The notes under the pieces are model-generated. The model saw only the letters and a program-made list of their open reading frames with translations, was not told the DNA's origin and ran no database searches. Below, one piece after another: positions 16,987-27,850 of a DNA stretch of 64,000 nucleotides. The DNA lies in assembly GCA_031459615.1 (NCBI GenBank), contig JAVKIE010000001.1:66300-130299 (forward strand). The letters run 5' to 3'. Positions within the stretch are counted from its first letter, which is position 1; the number at the start of each line of letters is the position of its first letter. The position numbers and the translations under genes are program-made. The DNA comes from Candidatus Calidihabitans tengchongensis (GTDB lineage: Bacteria; Sysuimicrobiota; Sysuimicrobiia; Sysuimicrobiales; Kaftiobacteriaceae).

Positions 16987-18021
16987 ATGTCCGCTCAGCC
17001 CCACGCCGCGGGTCCGGTGGCGGTCACCGGCGCCACGGGATTCGTGGGCATGCACGTGGTCCGGGGCCTGCATGACGCGGGGGTACCGGTGCGGGCGGTG
17101 GTGCGGCCCGGCACCCGCCGGGTGGAGCGGGTGGCGACCCTGCGCCGGTGGGGATGCGAGGTGGCGGAGGCCGACGTGGGCGACCTGGCGGCGCTGGAGC
17201 GGGCCCTGGCCGGTTGCCGCGCCGTCGTGCACCTGGTGGCCATCATCCGGGAGCGGGTAGGCGCCACCTTCGACCTGATCAACCGGCGCGGCGTGCGGGA
17301 GGTGGCGGCGGCGGCGCGGGCGGGAGGCGTGGGGCGGGTGGTGCACCTGAGCGCGCTGGGCGCCGGCCCCCGGGCCCCGCGCTACCTGCAGTCCAAGTGG
17401 GCGGGGGAGGAGGAGCTGCGCCGCAGCGGCATCCCGTGGGTCATCTTCCGCCCGTCGTTCATCATCGGTCCCGGGGGAGGGGCTGCCCGCCAGTTCGCGG
17501 CGGTCGTCCGCCTGGGCGCCTGGTATCCTTTGTGGCTGCTGGGGGTGCCATTCCGGCCGCTGGCGGCGCTGGCATCGGTCACCCCGGCGGTGCCGGTCCT
17601 GGGATCGGGCCAGTACCGGTCGATGCCCGTGGACGTGCGGGATGTGGTGGACCTGGTGGGGCGGGCGCTGGACCACCCCGCGGCGGTCGGGCAGACCTTC
17701 GACGTGGTGGGGCCGGACACACTGACCTACGATGCGATCCTGGACGAGGTGATGAGCGCGCTGGGGGTGCGGCGGTGGAAGGTCCACATCCCCCTGCGGG
17801 CTGCCCGGGCCCTGGTGCGGGAGATGGCCCGCCTCCCCTCTCCGCCCATCACGCCGGACGAATTCGAGGCGCTGATCCTCGACAACGTCGGCGATCCGGG
17901 TCCGGTGCAGCGCGTGTTCGGCCTCACCCCGCGTCCGTTCCGCGAGGCCATCCAGTTCGCGCTTGCGGGCGATGCGGAACACCCGCCTGACGGCGGGACA
18001 GGAGGCTCCCGTGGACCGTGA
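16987..18021 (+). CDS. NAD(P)-binding SDR-family protein (NAD-dependent epimerase/dehydratase / NmrA-like)
   Basis: GATGFVGMHVV Rossmann motif and YxxxK-type region (YLQSKWAGE). Confidence 0.7.
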   Translation: MSAQPHAAGPVAVTGATGFVGMHVVRGLHDAGVPVRAVVRPGTRRVERVATLRRWGCEVAEADVGDLAALERALAGCRAVVHLVAIIRERVGATFDLINRRGVREVAAAARAGGVGRVVHLSALGAGPRAPRYLQSKWAGEEELRRSGIPWVIFRPSFIIGPGGGAARQFAAVVRLGAWYPLWLLGVPFRPLAALASVTPAVPVLGSGQYRSMPVDVRDVVDLVGRALDHPAAVGQTFDVVGPDTLTYDAILDEVMSALGVRRWKVHIPLRAARALVREMARLPSPPITPDEFEALILDNVGDPGPVQRVFGLTPRPFREAIQFALAGDAEHPPDGGTGGSRGP

Positions 18022-18406
18022 GCCGGAGCGGCCGGAGCCGCTCAGTACCCTGCTGGTCCGCCTGCTGCAGCAGGCCGGAGCCCTGCTGGACGCCCGGCTG
18101 CGGCTGACCCGGGCCGAGGCCCGGGCGTGGCTGCGGGATCTCGCCGCCGCGGCGGTCTTGCTGGCCATCGCCCTGGCCCTGCTGCTGCTGATGGTGCCGG
18201 TGGCCGTCGCCGTCCTCATCCTGGTGCTGGCTGAGGTCCTTCCCCCGTGGCTGGCCACCGCCGTCGTCCTGGCGGCGATGGCGGTGGTGACCGTCGTCCT
18301 GACGGCGGTGGCCCGGGGGCGCCTGCGACGGCGGCGGCCGACGCTGCTGCAGGACCTGCGCGAAGACTGGCGGGCGATCCGTCGGACGCTGGAGCGCCGC
18401 CCATGA
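18011..18406 (+). CDS. putative holin-X-like small membrane protein
   Basis: Charged N-terminus followed by two long TM helices. It overlaps the upstream gene by 11 nt if the GTG at 18011 is used. Start is uncertain. Confidence 0.4.
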   Translation: MDREPERPEPLSTLLVRLLQQAGALLDARLRLTRAEARAWLRDLAAAAVLLAIALALLLLMVPVAVAVLILVLAEVLPPWLATAVVLAAMAVVTVVLTAVARGRLRRRRPTLLQDLREDWRAIRRTLERRP

Positions 18407-18597
18407 CCCGCGCCGGGGAGGAGGCCCGCGTCGCCCGCGCCCGGGAACAGATCGCCGCCGATCTGGCCGCCATCCGGCGCCGGTGGGCGGCGGGGCGCTG
18501 GCTGCCGGTGGGCGCGGCCATCCTGGCCGGCCTGCTGGCCGGGGCGTGGGCGGGGTGGCGGGAGCGATCCGGCCGCGCGCGCACGCGGGGTGTATAA
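18403..18597 (+). CDS. small membrane-anchored protein (64 aa)
   Basis: ATGA overlap with the upstream gene. Amphipathic N-terminus plus one TM. Confidence 0.35.
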   Translation: MTRAGEEARVARAREQIAADLAAIRRRWAAGRWLPVGAAILAGLLAGAWAGWRERSGRARTRGV

Positions 18598-18615
18598 TCG
18601 GGGCGGAGGTGGCCC

Positions 18616-18801
18616 ATGCCCAACATCGGGTGGACGGAGCTGATCGTCATCCTGGTGATCGCGCTGCTCGTGTTCGGTCCCTCCCGGCTGGCCGGCATCG
18701 GCGGCGCGCTGGGGAAGGCGATCCGCGAGTTCCGCAGCGCGGTCCGGGACGCCGAGAACGAGATCGACCGGGCGACGGCATCCGACAAGAAGAACACCTG
18801 A
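18616..18801 (+). CDS. tatA: twin-arginine translocase subunit TatA/E
   Basis: MPNIGWTELIVILVIALLVFGPSRL has the conserved FGP hinge. [11 protein letters not shown]. Confidence 0.85.
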   Translation: MPNIGWTELIVILVIALLVFGPSRLAGIGGALGKAIREFRSAVRDAENEIDRATASDKKNT

Positions 18802-18820
18802 GCGGCGGTGAGGAGTCGGC

Positions 18821-19552
18821 GTGGAAGACCGCCCGATGACCATCGTCGAGCACCTGGAGGAGCTGCGCCTGCGGCTCCTCATTTCCCTGGCCGCGTTTGC
18901 CGCCGCCACGGGACTCAGCCTGTTGTTTGTCGAGCGCATCCTGGCCATTCTGATCCGGCCCGTCGGGCGCGTGGTGTTCCTGGCTCCCACCGAGGCGTTC
19001 TTCGTCCGCCTGAAAGTGGCCGCGCTGTCGGGGGCCTTCCTCAGCCTGCCGGTGGTGCTGTACCAGCTGTGGCGGTTTGTCTCGGTGGGGCTGACGCCCA
19101 CCGAGCGGCGGTACGCCCTGGGGCTGCTGCCGCCGGCCCTGGGACTGTTTGTCGCCGGGGCGGCGTTCGCGTTCTGGGTGATCCTGCCGGTGGGCGTGCG
19201 GTTTCTGCTCAGCTACCAGACCGAGTCCCTGGTGCCGATGATCTCGGTGGGCGCCTACACCTCCTTTGCCACCGCCTTCGTCCTGGCGTTCGGCGTCCTG
19301 TTCGAGCTGCCGGTCGTCATCCTGTTCCTGGCCCGCCTGGGCGTGGTGACCCCCGCGGCGCTGGCGGCCGGCCGCCGCTACGCCCTGCTGGCCATCGTCG
19401 TGGCCTCGGCGGCGCTGACCCCCGGGGGGGATGTGGCCTCCCAGCTGCTGATGGCCCTGCCCACGTACCTGCTCTACGAGGTCAGCATATGGGTGGCCCG
19501 GGTGTTCGCCCCCCGCCCGGCGCCCCGGGAGTCGTTGAGTCCCGGGCGATAG
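18821..19552 (+). CDS. tatC: twin-arginine translocase subunit TatC
   Basis: HLEELRLRL... six-TM TatC signature. Confidence 0.85.
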   Translation: MEDRPMTIVEHLEELRLRLLISLAAFAAATGLSLLFVERILAILIRPVGRVVFLAPTEAFFVRLKVAALSGAFLSLPVVLYQLWRFVSVGLTPTERRYALGLLPPALGLFVAGAAFAFWVILPVGVRFLLSYQTESLVPMISVGAYTSFATAFVLAFGVLFELPVVILFLARLGVVTPAALAAGRRYALLAIVVASAALTPGGDVASQLLMALPTYLLYEVSIWVARVFAPRPAPRESLSPGR

Positions 19553-19573
19553 GCTCCCCCACGGGTATCCGGA

Positions 19574-19837
19574 GTGGCCCGCCGCGCGCGCACCCCCTGG
19601 TGGATGCTGGTGGTTGTGGTGGTGGCCGGCGCGCTGCTGGGCAGCGTCATCGCCGAGGCCACCTCCGCCTATCCCGTCCTGGACCTGCTCAGCCGCGACA
19701 TCCGGGCTGGCCTGGACCCTCCCCTCACCCTGGACCTGCGCATCCTGACCCTCACCGGGGGGTTCACCGTCCGGCTCAATCTGGCCACGGTGGTGGGCAT
19801 CCTGCTGGCCATCTGGATCTTCCGCCTGCTCCAGTAG
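19574..19837 (+). CDS. DUF4321-like small membrane protein
   Basis: 87 aa with two TM segments. This family commonly lies upstream of mreB/radC loci in Firmicutes. Confidence 0.4.
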   Translation: MARRARTPWWMLVVVVVAGALLGSVIAEATSAYPVLDLLSRDIRAGLDPPLTLDLRILTLTGGFTVRLNLATVVGILLAIWIFRLLQ

Positions 19838-19884
19838 CCCGTCCGGTCGGGGGCCGCTGGCCGGACCGGGTCACCCGGCGCGCG

Positions 19885-19913
19885 TTGAATCCCCGCAGGT
19901 CGGTTGCTATACT
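19885..19913 (+). promoter_or_regulatory. sigma-A-type promoter TTGAAT-17-TATACT upstream of radC-mreBCD
   Basis: TTGAAT (19885-19890), a 17-nt spacer, then TATACT (19908-19913). About 150 nt upstream of radC. Confidence 0.5.
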
Positions 19914-20061
19914 TGGGGCGCTGCGCGGGGAGCGCGGACTCAGAACCGGTCCGGCCGCGGGCGGTGCAGCGGGTTCCTCCTCCCCCGCCGCCTTCCCCCG
20001 GCGGCGTGACCGCCCGGCGGCCTGACCCCGGCCGCCCCGCGGGGGCGGCGCGGAGCAGGGG

Positions 20062-20754
20062 ATGCCAGAGGCGGGCCGCCTGACGATCAAAGACCTCCCG
20101 GCAGAACTCAGGCCTCGCGAGCGGCTGCGCGCCAGCGGTGCCGCCGCCCTGTCGACCGCCGAACTGCTGGCCGTGGTGATCGGCACCGGGGTGCGGGGAC
20201 ATACGGCCCTGGATGTGGGCACGGCCCTGCTGCGCCGGTTCGGGTCGGCTGCGGCTCTGGGGAGGGCGTCGGCCGCCGAGCTGGCGCGGGTGCCGGGCGT
20301 GGGCGAACACCAGGCGGCGCGGGTCCTGGCGGCCCTGGAGCTGGGCAGGCGCCTGGTCGAGCCCCCGCCGCTGCGCCGGGCGATCCGGTGCGCGGCCGAC
20401 GCGGCGGCGCTGTGCGCGTCCATGCGCTTACTGGACCGGGAGCACTTCCGGGCCATCCTCCTCAACACGCGCCACGAGGTGCTGGACGTGGTGGATGTCT
20501 CGGTGGGCGGGTTGCAGTCGGCGCCCGTCCACCCGCGGGAGGTATTCAAGGAAGCCATCCGGCGGTCGGCCGCCGCCGTGATCGTCGTGCACAACCATCC
20601 CTCCGGCCACCCGGAGCCCAGTCGGGACGATGTCCTGATCACCGAGCAGCTGCGGGCGGCGGGGCGCCTGGTGGGAATCGAGGTGCTGGACCACATCATC
20701 GTCGGCGAGCGGGACTACTGCAGCCTGCGGGAGCGGCAGCTGGGATTCCCCTAG
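20062..20754 (+). CDS. radC: RadC-family JAB-domain protein
   Basis: N-terminal HhH region and the JAMM motif HNHPSGHPEPSRDD. Confidence 0.85.
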   Translation: MPEAGRLTIKDLPAELRPRERLRASGAAALSTAELLAVVIGTGVRGHTALDVGTALLRRFGSAAALGRASAAELARVPGVGEHQAARVLAALELGRRLVEPPPLRRAIRCAADAAALCASMRLLDREHFRAILLNTRHEVLDVVDVSVGGLQSAPVHPREVFKEAIRRSAAAVIVVHNHPSGHPEPSRDDVLITEQLRAAGRLVGIEVLDHIIVGERDYCSLRERQLGFP

Positions 20755-20832
20755 CATCCCCGCGCGCCGGGGGGACGGGGGTCCGGGGCGCGGCAGGGTT
20801 CCGGACGGGGACGACCACCCGGGAGGGCCTAG

Positions 20833-21918
<1,086 letters not shown>

Positions 21919-21924
21919 GACGCG

Positions 21925-22746
21925 ATGACCGAGCTGATTGCGGCCCGTCGGCGCGTGGCGGTGTTCGTGGTCCTCTTTGTGGGGGTGGTGACGCTGCTGA
22001 CCACCCAGGTGCGGGCGCCCGACCGCCGCCAGGTCGGCGCGCTGGGGGAGCTGGTCCTGCGCGGGCTGCAGCCGGTGCAGGTGGGTCTGGCCCGGGTGGC
22101 CGATGGGGGGGCGCGGCTGTGGGCCCTGTACACGGGAATCGGCCGGGTGCGGGCGGAGAACGCCCGCCTGCGCGAGGAGCTGGACCGGATCACCCGGGAG
22201 GCGGCGGCCCTTCGGGAGCAGGCGGCGGCGGCCCGCCGGCTGGAAGATCTGCTGGGGTTCCGGAACCAGATGGCCCACCGGGCCGTGGCGGCCCGGGTGG
22301 TGGCCCGGGACCCGCTGCGGTGGTACGGGACGGTGGTGGTGGACCGGGGCAGCCGCGACGGCGTGCGCCGCAACGCGCCGGTGGTGACCGCCCGGGGAGT
22401 GGTGGGCCGGGTGATGGAAGTCACCCCGACCGCAGCCCGGGTGCTGCTGGTGGCGGACTCCCGCAGCGCCGTGGGGGCGCTGGTCCAGCGGACCCGCGAC
22501 CTCGGCGTGGTGGAGGGGCGAGGGGAGTGGGTCCTGCACCTGCGCTACCTCTCCCGGGCGTCCCAGGTGCTCCCGGGCGATCTGGTGGTCACCTCCGGGC
22601 TGGGCGGGGTCTTTCCCCGGGGCCTGGTGATCGGCCAGATCCGCCGGGTGGTGCGGCAGGAGGGCGAGCTGCTGCTGGAGGCGGAGGTGGAACCGGCAGC
22701 GGCTTTGGATCGGGTGGAAGAGGTGTTGATTCTGGTGCCGCCCTGA
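21925..22746 (+). CDS. mreC: rod shape-determining protein MreC
   Basis: N-terminal TM, a coiled-coil segment, then a beta-rich domain (VVTSGLGGVFPRGLVIGQI). Confidence 0.85.
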   Translation: MTELIAARRRVAVFVVLFVGVVTLLTTQVRAPDRRQVGALGELVLRGLQPVQVGLARVADGGARLWALYTGIGRVRAENARLREELDRITREAAALREQAAAARRLEDLLGFRNQMAHRAVAARVVARDPLRWYGTVVVDRGSRDGVRRNAPVVTARGVVGRVMEVTPTAARVLLVADSRSAVGALVQRTRDLGVVEGRGEWVLHLRYLSRASQVLPGDLVVTSGLGGVFPRGLVIGQIRRVVRQEGELLLEAEVEPAAALDRVEEVLILVPP

Positions 22747-22811
22747 GACCCGAGGCGGCGCGGAGGGGGAGGAGTGTACGGACGGTTCCGCAGAGGGCGT
22801 GAGCGGCCGCG

Positions 22812-23309
22812 GTGAGGCGGGTCCTGGCCTACGCCGGCGCGCTGGCGCTGGTGGGGGTGGTCCAGGCGGCCTGGCTGGCGCGGGTGCGGGTGGCCGGGGC
22901 GGCCCCGGACCCTCTGCTGGCGCTGGCCGTGGGGGTCGGCGTCCTGCAGGGAGCGGAACGGGGAGCCGTGGTGGGCACGGCGGCCGGCCTGCTCCAGGAC
23001 CTGCTGTCGGGAGGAGGGCCCCTGGGGGTGTACGGGCTCTCCAAGCTGGTGGTGGGGTTCGGGTCGGGGCTGTTTGAACGCAGCATCTACGTGGACAATC
23101 CCCTGCTGCCGGCCGTGGCCACCGCTGCGGGAACCGTCGTCTCCGAGGTGATCCTGCTGGCCGTGGCCGGGGTCGTCGGGTTGGCCCTGGGGCCCTGGCC
23201 GGTCGAGCTGGCCCGCATTGCGGCCCAGGTGATCCTCAACTCCGCGCTGGCCCCGGCGGTCTTCCGCGGCATCCGGGCGCTGGAGGCGTGGGTGGTCCGG
23301 GCCGGCTGA
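22812..23309 (+). CDS. mreD: rod shape-determining protein MreD
   Basis: 165-aa polytopic membrane protein immediately after mreC. Confidence 0.7.
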   Translation: MRRVLAYAGALALVGVVQAAWLARVRVAGAAPDPLLALAVGVGVLQGAERGAVVGTAAGLLQDLLSGGGPLGVYGLSKLVVGFGSGLFERSIYVDNPLLPAVATAAGTVVSEVILLAVAGVVGLALGPWPVELARIAAQVILNSALAPAVFRGIRALEAWVVRAG

Positions 23310-25102
23310 CCCTGCCTTCCCCGTCCGAGATCCGGGGGACAGACGTGGTCGACACTCCGCCGCCGACCCGGCGGCTGCAGGCCTTCTCGGCGGTGGTGGC
23401 CGTTCTGCTGGGCATCCTGCTGGTGCGCCTGTGGCAGGTCCAGGTCCTCCAGGGCGCGGCCTATTTCCGCCAGTCCGAGGACAACCGCATCCGGGAGTAC
23501 ACGCTGGCCGCCCCCCGGGGGATCATCTACGACCGCCGGGGGCGGCCGCTGGTGGCCAACCGGCCGGCGTTCACGGTGGCGGTGCTGCCCCTGGAGCTGC
23601 GGGATCCTCCGACGGTGGTGAGCCGCCTGGCGGCCCTGCTGGGCATGCCCGCCGCGCAGATCGAGGCCCGGTTGCGGGCCGCCCGCGCGCGGCCCTTTGA
23701 GCCGGTGCGGATCGCCCGGGACGTGGATCCCACCGTGGTGGCGCGCATTGAGGAGAACCGCCTGGATCTGCCCGGGGTGATCATCCTCGCCGACCCGGTG
23801 CGCCACTACCTGCACGGGACGCGGGCCGCCCACCTCCTGGGGTACGTGGGAGAGATCGACAGCGACGAGCTGGCTGCGCGCCGCGCCGAGGGCTACCGCC
23901 CCGGAGACCTGATCGGCAAGGCGGGCGTGGAGAAGGCGTACGAGTCGCTGCTGCGGGGGGTGGATGGGCGGCTGCGGATGGAGGTGGACGCCCTGGGCCG
24001 GCCGTTGCGGGTCCTCTCGCGGCAGCCGCCCTCCCCGGGCCGCGCCGTCGTCCTGACCGTCGACCTGGACATCCAGGCCGCCGCCGAGGAGGCCCTGCGG
24101 GCCACCGGGCTGGAGGCGGGAGCGGTGGTGGTCTTAGACCCGGATACGGGCGAGGTCCTGGCGCTGGCCAGCATGCCGACGTTCGATCCCAACCTGTTCG
24201 CCCGGGGGATCAGCCCCGAGCGCTGGCTGGCACTGACGTCCGACAGGCGGCGTCCGCTGCTGAACCGGGCCATCAGCGCCACCTACGAACCGGGATCGGT
24301 CTTCAAGCTGGTGACGGCCACCGCGGCCCTGGAGCGGGGAATCGTCAGCCGCCGCACCGTCTTCGACGCCCCCGGATACTTCCGCCTGGGCCAGTGGACA
24401 TTCGGAGACCTCCGGGCCTGGGGGCGCATCGACTTCATCACCGGGATCGCCCACTCGGTCAACGTGGTCTTCTACACCCTGGGGTATCGCCTGGGCGGCG
24501 AGACGCTGGCCGAGTACGCATTCCGCCTGGGCCTGGGCGAGCCTACCGGCATCGACCTGCCCGGAGAGGTGGCGGGGACCATCCCCAGCCCCGCCACCAA
24601 GCAGGCCCTGGTGGGAGAGCCCTGGTACCCCGGCGACGCCGTCAACATGTCCATCGGCCAGGGCGCGGTGACAGTCACCCCCGTGCAGGTGGCCCGGATG
24701 GTGGCGGGGCTGGCCACCGGAGGGCGCGTGATGCAGCCTCACGTGCTGCTGGCCGTCCACCACGACCGCGGCCTCGAGCGGGTGGCCCCCGTGCTGCAGC
24801 GCCAGGTCTCCCTGCGGCCGGCCACGCTGGCCGTGCTGCGGGAAGGGATGCGCGCGGTGGTGGAGCGGGGCAGCGGGGTGGCCGCCCGCCTGAACCGGGT
24901 GGCGGTGGCCGGCAAGACCGGCAGCGCCGAAAACCCGCGGGGCCGGCCCCACGCCTGGTTCGCCGGCTACGCGCCCGCCGAGGCTCCGCAGGTCGTGGTG
25001 GTGGCCTTTGTGGAGCACGGCTTCCGGGGCGGCATCGCAGCGGCTCCGGTCGCCCGCGCCGTGCTGGAGGCGGCCCTGGCCCGGCCGGAGGCTTCGCCGT
25101 GA
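23288..25102 (+). CDS. mrdA: penicillin-binding protein 2 (elongasome transpeptidase)
   Basis: TM anchor, dimerisation domain, and transpeptidase motifs SVFK, SVN and KTG (AGKTGSAE). The start overlaps mreD by 22 nt and may be further downstream. Confidence 0.85.
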   Translation: MGGPGRLTLPSPSEIRGTDVVDTPPPTRRLQAFSAVVAVLLGILLVRLWQVQVLQGAAYFRQSEDNRIREYTLAAPRGIIYDRRGRPLVANRPAFTVAVLPLELRDPPTVVSRLAALLGMPAAQIEARLRAARARPFEPVRIARDVDPTVVARIEENRLDLPGVIILADPVRHYLHGTRAAHLLGYVGEIDSDELAARRAEGYRPGDLIGKAGVEKAYESLLRGVDGRLRMEVDALGRPLRVLSRQPPSPGRAVVLTVDLDIQAAAEEALRATGLEAGAVVVLDPDTGEVLALASMPTFDPNLFARGISPERWLALTSDRRRPLLNRAISATYEPGSVFKLVTATAALERGIVSRRTVFDAPGYFRLGQWTFGDLRAWGRIDFITGIAHSVNVVFYTLGYRLGGETLAEYAFRLGLGEPTGIDLPGEVAGTIPSPATKQALVGEPWYPGDAVNMSIGQGAVTVTPVQVARMVAGLATGGRVMQPHVLLAVHHDRGLERVAPVLQRQVSLRPATLAVLREGMRAVVERGSGVAARLNRVAVAGKTGSAENPRGRPHAWFAGYAPAEAPQVVVVAFVEHGFRGGIAAAPVARAVLEAALARPEASP

Positions 25103-26193
25103 GCCGGCGGCTGCTGCGCTACGTGGACTGGCCGCTGCTGGCCGTCACGCTGGCCCTGATGGCCGCCGGCACGGTCATCCTGTACAGCGCCGTGCAGAAC
25201 TCCGCCGATCCCGGGTCCGTGGTCCGGATGCGCCTGGCGCACATCGCCGTCAGCCTCGTGGTCCTGGCGGCGGTCCTGGCGGTGGACTACCGCACCCTGG
25301 CGCGCCTGTGGCGCCCCCTGTGGGCGGGCGCGGTCCTGCTGCTGGTCCTGGTCCTGGTGGCCGGCCGCTCCAGCGGCGGCGCCCAGCGCTGGCTGGCGGT
25401 GGGGTCGTGGACGGGATTCCAACCCTCGGAACTGGCCAAGGTGACGCTGGTCATCACCCTTGCCCGCCACATCGACAGCCACCGGGACGTGGGGTCCTGG
25501 CGGGCCGTGGTCTCTGTCCTGCTGCACGCCGCCGTGCCCATGGCCCTCATCGCCCGCCAGCCCGACCTGGGGACCGCCCTCGCCCTCGGCGCCGTCCTGG
25601 CAGCCCTGCTGTTCGTCGCCGGGGCGCCCCTGCGGGTGCTGGTGGGGCTGGGGGCGGGGGCGGCGGCGCTGGCGCCGGTGGCGTGGGGAATGCTGCACGA
25701 CTACCAGCGTCAGCGGCTGCTGGCGTTCCTGGATCCCGCCGCCGATCCGCTGGGCGCCGGCTATGCCCTCATCCAGTCCCGGATCGCCGTGGGATCCGGC
25801 CAGATCTGGGGCAAAGGGTTGCTGCGGGGGACCCAGAACCTCCTGCACTTCATCCCCGAGCAGCACACCGACTTCATCTTCACCGTGGTGGGCGAGGAGC
25901 TGGGCTTTGTGGGCGCGGTGGCCCTGGTGGGGTTGTTCGCCCTCTGGCTGTGGCGCGGGGCGGCCATCGCCGCTGCCGCCAAAGACCGGACCGGGATGCT
26001 GATGGCCGTGGGCGCGGTGGCCCTGACGGCGTTTCACGTGTTCGTCAATGTGGGCATGACGGTGGGCCTGATGCCCATCACCGGGATCCCGCTACCGTTC
26101 ATCAGCCACGGCGGCAGCGCCCTGGTGGCGTTCGGGGCCCTCACGGGGCTGGTCCTGAACGTCGGCATGCGTCGCAAGAAAATCCTCTTCTAG
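25099..26193 (+). CDS. rodA: SEDS-family peptidoglycan polymerase RodA
   Basis: FtsW/RodA/SpoVE signature (PSELAKV..., GSGQIWGKGL...). GTG overlaps the PBP2 stop (GTGA). Confidence 0.85.
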   Translation: MSRRLLRYVDWPLLAVTLALMAAGTVILYSAVQNSADPGSVVRMRLAHIAVSLVVLAAVLAVDYRTLARLWRPLWAGAVLLLVLVLVAGRSSGGAQRWLAVGSWTGFQPSELAKVTLVITLARHIDSHRDVGSWRAVVSVLLHAAVPMALIARQPDLGTALALGAVLAALLFVAGAPLRVLVGLGAGAAALAPVAWGMLHDYQRQRLLAFLDPAADPLGAGYALIQSRIAVGSGQIWGKGLLRGTQNLLHFIPEQHTDFIFTVVGEELGFVGAVALVGLFALWLWRGAAIAAAAKDRTGMLMAVGAVALTAFHVFVNVGMTVGLMPITGIPLPFISHGGSALVAFGALTGLVLNVGMRRKKILF

Positions 26194-26197
26194 TGGG

Positions 26198-27850
26198 ATG
26201 GGAACAGACATGGCCAAGGAGATCATCGCCACCGTCGAACCGCAGGAAACCCGGGTGGCCGTGCTGGACGGCGGGCGGCTGGTGAACCTGTACATCGAGC
26301 GGGGGGAACCTCTGGCCGGCAACATCTACAAGGGCCGGGTCGCCGCCGTCCTGCCGGGCATGGAGGCGGCGTTCGTGGATATCGGGCTGGAGCGCAACGC
26401 CTTCCTGCACGTGGGCGACATCCGGTCCCAGCGCCTGGCGGGGGAGGAGGTCGAGGAGTCCTTCGGGCGGGGAGCCATCGCCGAGCGGCTGCGGGTGGGT
26501 CAGGAGATCCTGGTGCAGGTGACCAAGGAGCCCATGGGGACCAAGGGCGCCCGGGTGACCACCTACCTGGCCCTGCCGGCCTATTACCTGGTCCTGATGC
26601 CGACCGTCAACTACGTGGGGGTGAGCCGGCGCATCGAGAACGAGCAGGAGCGCCGCCGACTGCGCCAGCTGGCGGACCGGCTGCGGCCGCCGGGGATGGG
26701 GGTGATCGTCCGCACGGCCGCCGAGGGCGCCACGGAGAAGGAGCTGGCCGATGACATCCGGTTCCTGCTGCAGCTATGGTCCACGGTGGAGGAGCGCTCC
26801 CGCAGCAGCCGGGCGCCGGCGCTGGTCTATCAGGACCTGCGCCTGATCCGGCGGGTCGTGCGGGACCTGTTCACCGAGGAGGTGAGCCGCTTCCTCATCG
26901 ACTCCCCCGAGGAGTACCAGCGGATTGCCGATCTGGTGCGGTCGTTCGCCCCCAAGCTGGTCTCCCGCCTGCAGCTGTACCAGGGGGAGGAGCCCGTCTT
27001 CGAGGCCCTGGGCGTGGAGCGGGAGGTGGACAAGGCCCTGCGCCGCAAGGTGTGGCTGCGGTCGGGCGGCTACATCGTGGTGGACCGCACCGAGGCCCTC
27101 ACCGTCATCGACGTCAACTCGGGCAAGTACGTGGGCAAGACCGACCTGGCCAGCACCATCTTCCGCACCAACATGGAGGCGGTGGACGAGGTGGTGCGCC
27201 AGATCACCCTCCGGGATATCGGCGGCATCATCCTGGTGGACTTCATCGACATGGAGAACGAGCACCACCGCCGCCAGGTGATGCAGGCGCTGCAGGAGGC
27301 GGTCCGGCGGGACCGCTCCAAGATGCACATCATCGACCTGACGGCCCTGGGGCTGGTGGAGATCACCCGCAAGCGGGTCTACCAGGACCTGGAGGAGGTG
27401 ATGCGGATGCCGTGCCCCTACTGCGAGGGGCGCGGCCGCGTCCTGTCGGTGGAGACCATGGCGCTGAAGGTGCGGCGCGAGGCGCGCCGGGTGCTGGCGG
27501 CCGGGCGGGCGCCGGCGGTGCTGATGGAAGTGCATCCGGACGTGGAAGCGCTGCTGTTCCGGGACGGCGACGCCTGGCTGCGGGCGCTGGAGCAGCGGTT
27601 CGGCCGGACGCTGCGGGTGCGGGGTCGCCCGGGGATGCACGTGGAGCGGGTCCGGGTTCTGGAGGGAGCGTCGGTGGACGAGCTGGAGCTCCGGGCCCGG
27701 GAGGACCGCCGCGAGGCCGTGTGGCTGGACTTCGGCCCGGCGGAGGTGGTCGCCGTCGGCGAGGCTGACGACGAGCAGGATCTGGCGACCGCCGCCGCCT
27801 CGACGCGGGAGGGGTGGCTGGGACGCCTGCGCCGGATGCTGGCGCGCTGA
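26198..27850 (+). CDS. rng: ribonuclease G/E family endoribonuclease
   Basis: N-terminal S1 domain, then DNase-I-like catalytic region (VVDRTEALTVIDVNSG) and a Zn-link CPxCxGxG. An alternative start lies at ATG 26210. Confidence 0.85.
   Translation: MGTDMAKEIIATVEPQETRVAVLDGGRLVNLYIERGEPLAGNIYKGRVAAVLPGMEAAFVDIGLERNAFLHVGDIRSQRLAGEEVEESFGRGAIAERLRVGQEILVQVTKEPMGTKGARVTTYLALPAYYLVLMPTVNYVGVSRRIENEQERRRLRQLADRLRPPGMGVIVRTAAEGATEKELADDIRFLLQLWSTVEERSRSSRAPALVYQDLRLIRRVVRDLFTEEVSRFLIDSPEEYQRIADLVRSFAPKLVSRLQLYQGEEPVFEALGVEREVDKALRRKVWLRSGGYIVVDRTEALTVIDVNSGKYVGKTDLASTIFRTNMEAVDEVVRQITLRDIGGIILVDFIDMENEHHRRQVMQALQEAVRRDRSKMHIIDLTALGLVEITRKRVYQDLEEVMRMPCPYCEGRGRVLSVETMALKVRREARRVLAAGRAPAVLMEVHPDVEALLFRDGDAWLRALEQRFGRTLRVRGRPGMHVERVRVLEGASVDELELRAREDRREAVWLDFGPAEVVAVGEADDEQDLATAAASTREGWLGRLRRMLAR

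Noticed and set aside
17963-18597. Holin-like membrane protein plus small protein as evidence of a prophage
   Set aside because: No integrase, terminase, capsid or lysin genes nearby, and the flanks are housekeeping genes. Probably chromosomal membrane proteins of unknown function.
15541-19101. 1186-aa ORF on the minus strand spanning the cupredoxin, hepT, epimerase and tat genes
   Set aside because: Pro/Arg/Gly-rich low-complexity translation typical of antisense frames in 70% GC DNA. It is anti-parallel to several well-supported genes with motifs.
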